Below, in pieces: positions 14,214 through 25,698 of a DNA stretch of 64,000 nt (position 1 is the stretch's first letter; each line of letters opens with the position of its first letter). The DNA is from Eledone cirrhosa. Its lineage: Eukaryota. Under the pieces are notes generated by a model that saw nothing but the letters and a program-made list of their open reading frames with translations, had not been told where the DNA came from and searched no databases. The translations under genes were made by a program, and so were the position numbers. The stretch spans positions 127,534,001 through 127,598,000 of the forward strand of contig OZ024741.1 of NCBI GenBank assembly GCA_964016885.1, written 5' to 3'.

Positions 14214-14636
14214 AATTTTTTCATCCTATTTTTCATGTGCTATCAACTAATCCAACCTCCAAGATGCTTGAAACTGACTTTTCCCCCCCAAGAAAACGGC
14301 GGGGTGAGGTGGTTCCCCCTTCACCCGGATAACTCCTGCTTACTCGGAATTTTCTCTTTGATTCTATTTTCATGCGTTATCAGTGAATATGACTTCCAAA
14401 CCAGTCAAAAACAACTAGCTTTGGAGAAAGAGGAGAGGGAGAGGGGAATAGTTTTGCAGATCTACACCCCACTCACATGTTGTGGGACTTAATCATTTTC
14501 GGTATATTTCCTATCCTATTTCCTATTCTATTTCCTATTCTATTTCCTATGCTATTTCCTATGCTATTTCCTATGCTATTTCTTGTGCTATTAATTAATC
14601 TGACATCCTAGATGCTTCCAATCAACTTATTTCCCT

Positions 14637-15000
14637 GGGTTGGGTTTAGGGTTGGGGTAATGTTTAGGGTTTAGTTTTAGGGTTGGGGTAAAGTTTAGGG
14701 TTTAGTTTTAGGGTTGGGGTAATGTTTAGGGTCTAGTTTTAGGGTTGGGGTAATGTTTAGGGTCTAGTTTTAGGGTTGGGGTAAAGTTTAGGGTTTAGTT
14801 TTAGGTTTGGGGTAAAGTTTAGGGCTTAGTTTTAGGTTTGGGGTAAAGTTTAGAGTTTAGTTTTAGGGTTGGGGTAATGTTTAGGGTTTAGTTTTATGGT
14901 TGGGGTATAGTTTAGGGTTTAGTTTAAGGGTTGGGGTAATGTTTATATTTAGATTTAGCTTGGTTTGGTTTAGATTTAGAGTTTAGGGTTGGGGCTAGAT
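14637..15000. repeat. 31-bp TTAGGG-containing minisatellite (ttttagggttggggtaatgtttagggtttag)n
   Basis: About 10 copies, period 31. Confidence 0.92.
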
Positions 15001-16000
15001 TTAATTTTATGTTTAATTTAGTTTTAATTTCCAAATCCCAGAAAAAAAAAATTGATTCAGAGCAACTAAAAGGTCAGATTAGTTGATAGCACTCAAAAGG
15101 AGACCAAAGAAAAATCATTAGGGTATATATCTACAAAACGACAATGGTTTTTCCACCTGCTTTACCCCTCCTTTTTCCTAGAACAACTAATCATTTCCAA
15201 CTGGTTTGGAGGTCATATTCGTTGATAACATGAGAAAACTCTGGGGTTAAATGAGAGAAGTGCATCCACCTAAGTTTTCTATGAAGAGAGAGTCAATAAC
15301 AAACATCTTGGAGTTCGGATTAGTTGATAACACATGAAAAAAAGATGAGGAAAAATTTTTGGGTGTGATGTGGTGTAGTGTGGTGTGATGTAGTGAGGTG
15401 TGTTTTTATGTGGTGTGATGTAGTGAGGAGTGGTGTGTTGTGGTGTGTTTTTATGTGGTGTGATGTGTTATAGTGTGTTTTTATGTGGAGTGGAGTAGTG
15501 AAGAGTGGTGTGTTGTGGTTTTATGTGGTGTGGAGTAGTGTGGTGTAGTGTTGTATGTTTTTATGGGGTGTGGTGAAGTGTGGTGTGGTGCGGTGCAGTG
15601 TGGTGTTGTGCAGTGCGGTGCAGTGAGATTCTTCATCTTTATCTTTCTCTTCTTCATCTTTGTATTCATCTTCTTTGTTTTGTCTTCCATCTAAACCAAA
15701 AAAAAAAATATATATAAAACATCTATGTAGCCAATCTCTCAGACTTTTACAAAGCTCCAGGGAGATAAATTTAATATAAGTGGTGTGTTCCTGAACAGAG
15801 ATACTACAAAATAGCTTAAAAGCTATATATATATATATATAAATAAATATACATGGGTGTGTATGATTGTGTATAGAAGATTATATTAATAAAAGGAATT
15901 CCAACTTTGTCTGATTTATTCGTTTTATATACAATCCTTTAAAATTATAATGGTATTAGAATGAAATAGTATGGTAGAATATTAAGTGTTAAATGTTAAT

Positions 16001-16039
16001 TGAACAAGTAATTTCATGCTTTCGCAATCTTCAGGTTCA
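16001..16039 (-). ncRNA. Second hammerhead copy in the inverted pLTR arm
   Basis: Reverse complement reads TGAAC-CTGAAGA-TTGCGAAAGCAT-GAAA-TTAC-TT-GTTCA. Confidence 0.7.
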
Positions 16040-16961
16040 TATTCTGTGGTGACAGTCAAGTTTACAATTTTCAACTGTAATGAGATGGGTAAATTTTGTG
16101 CCTTATATACAGTGAAAAGCGGCTACAGAATGCCAATTTTTGCAAATTGTATTTCGACCAATCGGTGTGTAGTTTCACTGGATTACTGAAGCTGATTGGT
16201 TTAGGCATCACGGTTGGTTGGGCATGTCTAACGACTTCTATTTGGCCCTATTCAAAGCATCAATTGTTTTGCTATTTTTAGAAATGATGAAAATAGCATT
16301 TTCTAGGGTTTTTATACCCCAAAGAATTATTATCCTTCATTTAGCTTGGGTTGGAATTTTGAAAAATATTCCCAAATGCAAATATGAACTGCAAAAGCAG
16401 AAATCTAATTTACTACATTAAATGCCCGAATTGTGAAGAACTACATGTCGGTCAAACTGGAAATGCACTATCGGAACGTGCACGGGTGCACCGACAGCAA
16501 ATCAGAGACCCAAATGTCCGTCAGATACCCCTGAGTAACCATCTAGCAACATGTGGTCAGAAAATATTTATAATATTTCCATTCTACAAATTACACAGGC
16601 CAAGTGAAATCAAGAGAAAAATCAAAGAAAAGAATTTTATTGATAAATTCCAACCCAAGCTAAATGAACAATAATTCTTAGGGGTATAAAAACCCTAGAA
16701 AATGCTATTTACATCATTTCTAAAAATAGCAAAACAATTGATGCTTTAGATAGAGCCAAATAGAAGTCGTTAGACATGCTCAACCAACCATGACGGCTAA
16801 ACCAATCAGCTTCAGTAATCCAGTGAAACTACACACCGATTGGTCGAAATACAATTTGCAAAATTTAGCATTCTGTAGCTGCTTTTCACTGTATATAAGG
16901 CACAAAATTTACCCATCTCATTACAGTTGAAAATTGCAAACTTGACTGTCACCACAGAATA

Positions 16962-17000
16962 TGAACCTGAAGATTGCGAAAGCATGAAAGTACTTGTTCA
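16962..17000 (+). ncRNA. Minimal type I hammerhead ribozyme motif
   Basis: TGAAC-CTGAAGA-TTGC-GAAA-GCAT-GAAA-GTAC-TT-GTTCA: stem I, core, stem II with GAAA loop, palindromic stem III loop, UH site. Confidence 0.8.
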
Positions 17001-17319
17001 ATTAAGATTTAACACTTAATATTCTACCATACTATTCAGATTACATCTATAAAATTCAGATTACATCTATATATATACACATACATATATATATATATAT
17101 ATATACATTCATATATATACACTTCTACGAAATGTAATGTAAAAATTCCATTTTCTTCTTGTCTCCCCACCCTTCGGTTCATTCATCCATATATCTGTAT
17201 TATCGCCCAGAATCCAATCCTACTTTCTCAATGCTATTCTATAATTCTGTCTGGCTGTTCTAAATAATCTTGTGTATTTTAAAATCCCAGTATATCGCTT
17301 GTTACTGTTATATGCTTTA

Positions 17320-20300
17320 TTTAAAACCTTCTCCTCGCTCGCTAACTACCCCATACCCCTCCCGCCCGCCCCCACTCTCCACCATTATTATTTGGACCAA
17401 TCATAAGTCAGCGGCCTATGCTATCACTTCTGGTTGCTTTTCGATATGATGGATGGACTAAGGAATTCTGGAGAGTCTGAAGAATCTGGACACTCAGAGA
17501 CAATGCCAAAGATAACGACAAATTCACCTCATGCTGCCAGACGAAAGGGCAAGGACACCTCTTTGTTTCGGCCGCGGATGGCCAACATAACTCCAACCCC
17601 ATCCCCCTCACCGCGCCCCACCCACCAAACGCAATCCAAAACTTCAGAGTTGGTACCATGAATGTAGGCACCTTAAAAGGTCACTCGAACAAGGTTGTAG
17701 AAATGCTTGAACGTAAGGAGGTTGATGTTTGCTGTATCCAAGAGACCAGATGGAGGGGCGGGTCTGCTAGATTCATTGTGGGTAAAAAACGATGCTATAA
17801 GCTTTTCTGGGTGGGAAATGACAATGGGCTGGGTGGGGTAGGAGTCATGTTAGCAGAAAAATGGGTGGATAAGATAATAGACGAAAATAGAGTGAACAAC
17901 AGAATAATTAAAATAAGACTTGTTCTAAATAGAACTACTATGACAATAATATCTGCATACGCACCCCAATCCGGACTGCCTGGCGCTATAAAAGACAGAT
18001 TCTATGAGACACTGATGCTCACTACCTCCCAAATAACTGACAGTGACTATATAATTATTGCTGGCGACCTAAATGGTCATGTTGGACAACATTGTGACGG
18101 CTATGACGGAATCCATGGAGGCTATGGGTTTGGTACTAGAAATGAGGAAGGCTCCAGAATCCTGGAATTCTGTGACGCAAATAACCTAACAATCTGTAAC
18201 ACTAACTTCAAAAAGCAAGACAATCACTTGATCACCAATAGATCAGGGGAACACGCCAGTCAGATAGATTATATCTTTACCAGAAGACGTGATAGAGTGT
18301 CTGTTGTAAACACTAAATCCTTCCCCCATGAAGAATGCATCTCCCAACATAGACTCATAATTAGCGACCTCATAGTCAGGACGAGACGTTCTCGACAACA
18401 GAAGAGGACTATCCTCAGGAGAAAAATATGGAAGCTAAAGGACCCCACAATCAGTAATAAATTTAAAAGCATATTACTTGATGCTTTCGACAGTAAGGAA
18501 GAGCAATTAGAGTCGTACAATATAGAGGATCAGTAGGAATTCCTCAAAGCAAACTTGCTGATGGCGACAGATGAAGTCTGTGGCTGGAGCAGGCCTATAG
18601 GCAGGAGGAGAGTAATGTGGTGGTGGAACAGTAAGGTGGAGGAGTCAATTAAGGCCAAAAAGCAGGCTTGGAAAGTATGGTGGGATGGGGGGAAGTAGAG
18701 AAGACTATCAAGTGGCCAGGAGGGAAGCTAGGAGACAAGTGTACTTCGCAAGAAGGGAAGCAGAAGAAAGAAAGTTCAAGCATGTTCTATAACGCGAGGA
18801 CCAAAAACGTGAGGTGTTCAGGATTACTTGGCAATGTGTCAAGGAAAACCGTGATATTGTCGGGGAGAAGTGTGTCCTTAATGATGATGTACTTGCCATC
18901 ACTGACGCTGATAAGAAGGTAGCTTGGAAGTGTCACTACGAAAGGCTACTAAATGAGGAGAATAAATGGGAGAAAGACAGTCTCCCCCACATCGATCCAA
19001 TAGAGGGACCATCAGTGCTAGTTGAAGGTAGTATAATAAGTAAGGCAATCAAAGATATGAAGACGGGTAAGGTGGCTGGGCCTTCGGAAATAGTTGCTGA
19101 AATGCTGAAAGCATCTGGAACGGTGGGACACACTATGGTCACCCGTATAGTAAACCAAGTCATACAGAATGGGGTCGTTCCGAAGGACTGGCGTAGCAAC
19201 ATCATCATTAACTGCTACAAGGGTAAAGGAGATGCCCTATATATGGGTAACTATAGAGGCATTAAATTAATCGACCAGGTCATGAAGGTCACAGAAAAAG
19301 TAATAGTGCAACTAATCAGAGAGCGAATTGATCTAGATGAAATGCAGTTCGGGTTTGTGTCAGGTAAAAGTACCACATACGCTCTTTTCATTGTACGACA
19401 ACTACAGGAGAAGTACCTAGCTAAAAGTAACTATTTATTATTGCCCTTCAGGCTATAACAGTGGAGTTCAAGACCGGCTGCCCATGGGAACTCCTATACG
19501 CAGATGATCTAACACTCATAGCTGAATCAATGGCTGAACTAGAGAAAAAATTCCAAACATGGAAGCATGGCCTAGAATCAAAAGGCCTTAAAATTAACCT
19601 GTCTAAGACTAAAGTTCTAGTTTGTAGGAAGGAAAATAGGGCACCGGTCCCATCCGGGAAATGGCCATGCTCAGTGTGTAGGAAAGGAGTAGGCAGAAAC
19701 TCCATTTTATGTCCCAAATGCAAAGTATGGGTGCATAAAAGATGTAGTGGGATCACAGGTAAGCTAACTAAGAATATAGATTTTACATGTGGCCGGTGCT
19801 CTGGTGCAATAAGTAGCAGCAAGTGCCCACAGAATACTAGCTCATTCCATTGCACAGATGATTCTATAGAAATAGTGGACAGCTTCCGTTACTTGGGAGA
19901 CAAAATCAGCAGTGGTGGAGAGTGCTCTGAAAGTACTGTAGCTAGAGTCAGAACTGGATGGAAAAAGTTCACTATTAGCCGCTAAAGGGTTCTCTCTAAA
20001 AATGAAAGGCAAGCTGTATGATGCCTGCATAGGAACAGCAATGTTACATGGCAGTGAGACCTGGGCATTGTGTGCAGAGGATATACGCAGACTGAGAGGA
20101 ACGAAGCTTGCATGCTCCGCTGGATGTGTAATAGTAATATACGTGAACGGCAAAGCATAAACGAACTAAGGGAAAAATTAGAAATAACAGGGATCAGATG
20201 TTGTTTACTCGAGAGAAGACTACGTTGGTACGGTCACGTGATGCGCATGAAAGATGACAGCTGTATAAAAAAGTGCAAGGCAATAAAAATAGACGGTAGC

Positions 20301-20797
20301 CACGGACTAGGCAGACCCAGAAAAACCTGGGACGACTTGATAAATTCCGACCTCACACACACCTCTCCAAGACAATGTCACTGGACCGAGATCTTTGGCG
20401 CTACACAGTAATACAGAAGACCCGCCTTACCTAAGTACAAAGTGAAACCTACCACAGTCAGTAGGCACCTCTAACAAAAATACACCACCATCCCACCCCA
20501 TCCACACCACCCCTTTCAATGTAAAGTTATGTTGGTACCACAACATCCAGTCCGAAACAAATGAGGTCGTGTAGGTGTCACGACAAAAAAAACACACAGT
20601 CCACGCTGTAATGTGGCCGTGTAGGCAACATGATAAAAACCTCCCAGTCCACACTGTAAACGTGGTTGGTGTTAGGAAGGGCATCCAGCCGTAGAAAACC
20701 CGCCAGACAGTCCTATGCAAGCAAGACAACCACTCTTGCCTCAAGTGGGAAAACTCCCGTCCAAACCCATGCAAGCATTAAACGACGATGATGATGA
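17320..20797 (+). mobile_element. Near full-length RTE-clade LINE (APE endonuclease + RT + PHD-like finger), disrupted; ~0.22-kb deletion in RT near 19430
   Basis: MNVGTL, IQETRW, SAYAPQ, GDLNGHVG, IDY (APE); NYRGIKL, QFGF, LYADD (RT); RRLRWYGHV, GRPRKTW; (GAT)n tail. 5' boundary approximate. Confidence 0.93.
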
Positions 20798-20799
20798 TA

Positions 20800-21013
20800 T
20801 ACATACATACACACATATACATATATACAAATACACATATACATGCATATATATATATACATATACAATATATATAGGATTCCTTTCCCTTTGAGCACAT
20901 AATTTACAGGGAATAACGCGACTATGGCTCTGTTAATTTATCTTCATATATATATATATATACATATATATACATACACACATATATATGCATACACACA
21001 CACATACATGCAT

Positions 21014-21044
<31 letters not shown>

Positions 21045-21152
21045 CATACACACACACATATATATATACATACACACACATATACATACACACACACATA
21101 TACATACACACACACATATACATACACACACATATATATATATATATATATA
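20800..21152. repeat. (TA)n/(CA)n/(TACA)n microsatellite mosaic
   Basis: Directly visible. Confidence 0.9.
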
Positions 21153-21424
21153 CGATATTAACAAATGGAAAGTATATTTATAAAACCATATTTATTTCCT
21201 TATACATATTTCAAGGACACCAAGTTAAATTATGGTGTGCTTTCATCAGATAAAATATAATATAGAGCAGTTTTATAAATAAATATTGACATACCCTAAA
21301 GAATGGAACCATTACTGTTGGAAGCTTATAAAGATATAACCCCACTATCCGGGAGCTTCCAACAGTAATGGTTGCATTCTTTAAGGGTATGTCAATATTT
21401 ATTTATAAAACTGCTCTATATTAT

Positions 21425-21490
21425 ATTTTATCTGATGAAAGCACACCATAATTTAACTTGGTGTCCTTGAAATATGTATAATGAAATAAA
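21425..21490 (+). ncRNA. Hammerhead-like motif in the Naiad pLTR (copies at ~25465..25530 + and ~21195..21255 -)
   Basis: CTGATGA, stem acacca/tggtgt, then GAAA-TATG-TA. The stem I register is imperfect. Confidence 0.5.
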
Positions 21491-24331
21491 TATGGTTTTA
21501 TAAATATAGTTTCCATTTGTTAATATCGTATTTTTACTCCAATTATTTGTTGAGTGCTTTATATCAGTTATAAAAATATTTGCTTGTTGTATCCCAACAA
21601 CTTAAATAGAACTTTTACATATATTCTGCTCCTGTATTGTCGAGCGCTTTATATTATAACTGAAAAATGGAATACTTTAAGATCTCTTCTCTAAAGGACA
21701 TACCTTTACCTAGGAATAAAGATTTTATGAAACAATTAATAGAAAAATCAGACTCTTAGAAGAATCAGGTGGCGTGCTTTCCACTTTGATAAATCTAATC
21801 TAAATGAAAATGTCTCCAATCTGGATAAAATCTTCAAATCTAAAAAAAATCCACCCCACAACAAACTAGTAATGGATTTTGAAAATGAAATCTATCATCC
21901 AAAGCATCAAATTCAAAAACAACTTCAAAGGCCAGGATTACTTAAGAAATATTAAAAATAATATTGAAAACTTGGAGAAAACGGAGAAAATTCTAGTCAA
22001 GTCTGACAAAACCAATAATCTTTACGGAATACAAAAGGATATTTATAACGATCTTATATTAAAGGAATTAAGGAAGAAATACAAAGTAGCAAATAATGAC
22101 GACCTTGAAAAATTGAATACAGATGCCTCTTATATAATGCATGAACTAGGCATTGAAAATAAGACAACCCTTCATGCCAAGGAAACCTAAAATTAATATG
22201 AAGGATCACAAAAGGAACTTTGAAACTGATTTACCAGTCAGATTAATTGCACCATCTAAATCGGACCTTGGCAGACTTAGCAAAAATATTTTAGACAAAA
22301 TAATACCACAAATTAAGAATTTATCTTATTTAAAATTATGGAAAGGAACTAGTGAAGTTATCGATTGGTTTAAGGGAATTAAATATAACTATAATAATAA
22401 GTTTATTCAGTTGGATATTGCTAACTATTACTCATCTATCACTCCTAATCTACTGAATAAAGCACTAACTTACGCATTTAAACATACAGACTTAACTAGC
22501 AATGAAATGCACATTATATTATCGGCACGGAAAACATTAATAGAATTTAATAACCAACTCTGGATTAGGGCAGATAGAAATAATAACTTTGATATAACTA
22601 TGGGATCATCCGATTCCGCTCAGGTAACGGATCTTGTGGGCCTCTTTATAAATAATTCTCTACATAAGAAAATACCTGAGATAACCGGAGGTTTATATCG
22701 TGACGACATGCTTTTACTCATAGAAAATAATAACTGAACTAAATAGGAAAAGAAAACAAATTATACAATTCTTTAATTACCTTAATCTAAAAGTAGAAAT
22801 AGAGAATAACCATAAAATAGTTAACTTTCTAGATGTAACACTAAACCTTAACAGGTCTTCATTATCCATTTCACAAACTAAATGAGAACTTAAACTACGT
22901 CAATTTTAACTCTAATCACCCCAGATCCGTTAAAAATACTATAGTGAACTCTGTACAGCAACGCATTCCGAGAATTTCAGCTAATAAGAATATATTTGAT
23001 GAAAAAGCACATTATTACAACGAAGCGTTAGGTAGAGCTGGGTATAGAAATAAAATTAAATACATTGATAATAATAATATAACAACTAACCATAATCTTA
23101 ACAATTTTAACAACTATAATAGAAAACCTTACAATAATTCCGAAAACAAAAAAAGAAATAGAACTAGGAATATATTATGGTTCGCTCCTCCTTTCTCATT
23201 AAATATTAAAACCCCTATTGCTAAACTATTTTTTAAAGCTCTTGACAAATGCTTCCCTAGAACACATAGATATTAATCAATTTTTAATAGACATACTATA
23301 AAATTAACTTATTCTTCCACCAAAAATTTAGCGCAAAATATTAATAGAATTAATAATAGAAATTTAAAACCTAACCAAAATACCGCTAATAACCAATTTG
23401 ATAAATGTAACTGTAGAAATAAATCTAACTGTCCGTTAAAAAACAATTGCTTAGCTACAAATATAGTATATAATTGTAATGTAAAAACTAATTTAAATTC
23501 ATTTAATTATGTGGGATCCACTTCCACAGAGTTTAAATCCCGTTTCAATAATCATAAAAATTCTTTTACGAATCCAAACAAAAAATCTTCAACTACTCTA
23601 TCTAGCTTATTATGGGACCTCAAACTAAAGAACGTTGAATATTCGTTGATTTGGAATATTATTTCAAAAGCTACTCCTTTTAACTCCTCCTCAGAAAATT
23701 GTGATCTTTGTATAGAGGAAATATTCTTTATATTAAAGACCAAAAATTCCCTGAACCTAAGGAACAATTTATTCAGTTGCTGTAGACATAGATTGAACTC
23801 AACGTTTAAATATAAATTTAAAATGTAATATATAATTAATTAATTAATTCTATTAATATATTGAACCTATCGATAAATCATTAGATTCCTTCATTTTTTG
23901 ACTGCTTATACTCTCAAGTAAACAAACTTTTCTTCCTAAATATAAATAAATATAATAAACTCCTCTAGAGAAATATACCGAAAGCTCTTAAAAGGGGAAA
24001 ATATTTTTTTGATAGTTTCTCCTATTTTCGAAAGTTTCTCTTTTGAAAGTTTCTCTTTTGAAAGTTTCTTTTTCTTTCTCTTATTGATATAAAATTAAGT
24101 TAAATATACGTAGAAAATTTTTATACTAAATTTATTAAACATATTATTATTTAAAAATTATAACTTGAAATATTCTATAATATTTTTAAAGTTATATTGA
24201 TTTAAAGTTATATTGCTTATAATTATATTTCCAAATCGTAATATAATTCTTTTGTATTTTATGTACTTCAATTATACTAAGTACTGTATTTATATATCTA
24301 TTTATCTATCTATATGTGTTGTTATATATGT

Positions 24332-24544
24332 TTATTTGTCACTAACCTTAAGATAATCCTTATAAATAAGTGCAATCGAATTGTATGCATCTACACATAT
24401 ATATATATACACACAATTCCCACATATACATACATAGACGTACCCACACAAATAGGTAGATATGCATCTCATATATATATACATACAGATACATATACAC
24501 ACATAAATATATGCACATGCATATCAAGTGTGTATATGTATCTG

Positions 24545-24579
<35 letters not shown>

Positions 24580-24701
24580 GATGCATATCTACCTATTTGT
24601 GTGGGTACGTCTATGTATGTATATATATATATATATGTGTATATGCATACAATTCGATTGCACTTATTTATAAGGATTATCTTAAGGTTCGTGACAAATA
24701 A
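24332..24701. repeat. ~370-bp near-perfect palindrome (foldback) in the Naiad 3' region
   Basis: Three nested arm blocks pair, e.g. aaccttaagataatccttataaataagtgcaatcgaattgtatgcat with its reverse complement at 24642..24688. Confidence 0.9.
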
Positions 24702-25653
24702 CAGGTAATCTTATTAGATATAAAACTTATATAAAAAAAATTTGTATAATAACAAAGTGTGTATAACAAAATTTCCTTTAATATCTTAACAATTGTAGCA
24801 TTTATATAACTAAATAACGTAATTTTCCTTCACGCTGCTTTGATATTACATAGAAATGATGTTCTCTGATTTTATAAGATTCCTATATCTTAAATTAAAA
24901 AATCCTTTATATTTTGTATGTATATATTATATACGTAGATATATATGTATATATGTTTATACGTGTGTATATATATTTATATGTGTGTATATGTGTGAAT
25001 AATATATAGATTTCTTAATATATAGATCTCAATTTTTAATGTATGGATCTCAATAATTTAATTGATTAACTAAACATTTAATCATATTTAAACAATGGTT
25101 AAAATTCTCATATCATATATGTATCTTCCATTCATGATTATTTACATTTCTATATTCATCCATAAAAAAATAAATATTTATTTACTCTTTCAATTCATCT
25201 CAAATGTTAAGATAACTCAACAACCTATCACTTAGAGTTTTCGCTCTCTCTCCTTTCTCTTTCTCTTCTCTCTCCTCTTTCTCTTGTTCTCTCTCTCTCT
25301 CTTTCTCTGTAACCCAACGGCTTATTTAAAAATATCCAATACTAACTTACATAATAGTATAATTAAAGATATAACCCCACTATCCGGGAGCTTCCAACAG
25401 TACAGTAATGGGTGCATTCTTTAAGGGTATGTCAATATTTATTTATAAAACTGCTCTATATTATATTTTATCTGATGAAAGCACACCATAATTTAACTTG
25501 GTGTCCTTGAAATATGTATAATGAAATAAATATGGTTTTATAAATATAGTTTCCATTTGTTAATATCGTGTTTTTACTCCAATTATTTGTTGAGTGCTTT
25601 ATATCAGTTATAAAAATATTTGCTTGTATCCCAACAATTTAAATCGAACTTTT

Positions 25654-25698
<45 letters not shown>

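Larger units (their letters stand above)
15966..17036 (+). mobile_element. 5'-truncated Penelope-like element: GIY-YIG fragment between ~390-bp inverted pseudo-LTRs
   Basis: ORF 16384..16674 has NLIYYIKCPNC..HVGQT...R...H...PKLN. Arms ~15966..16359 and ~16645..17036 are reverse complements. Confidence 0.88.
21151..25656 (+). mobile_element. Penelope-like element, Naiad-type (RT YRDD + C-terminal GIY-YIG), frameshifted, with inverted and direct pseudo-LTRs
   Basis: RT TMGS..S, GGLYRDD, FLDV; NILWFAPPFS; CNCR...CP; NIVY...YVG; FKSRFNNHKNSF; CDLC..E; CRH. Direct repeats 21330..21617 and 25364..25656; inverted arm 21151..21326. Confidence 0.9.

Noticed and set aside
14637-15000. True telomere
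   Set aside because: A 31-bp composite unit rather than pure (TTAGGG)n, and internal to the window.
21668-23828. Selenoprotein-encoding Naiad element
   Set aside because: Conserved Cys positions in the linker and nuclease are TGT/TGC. The interruptions look like ordinary decay, and I could not identify a SECIS.
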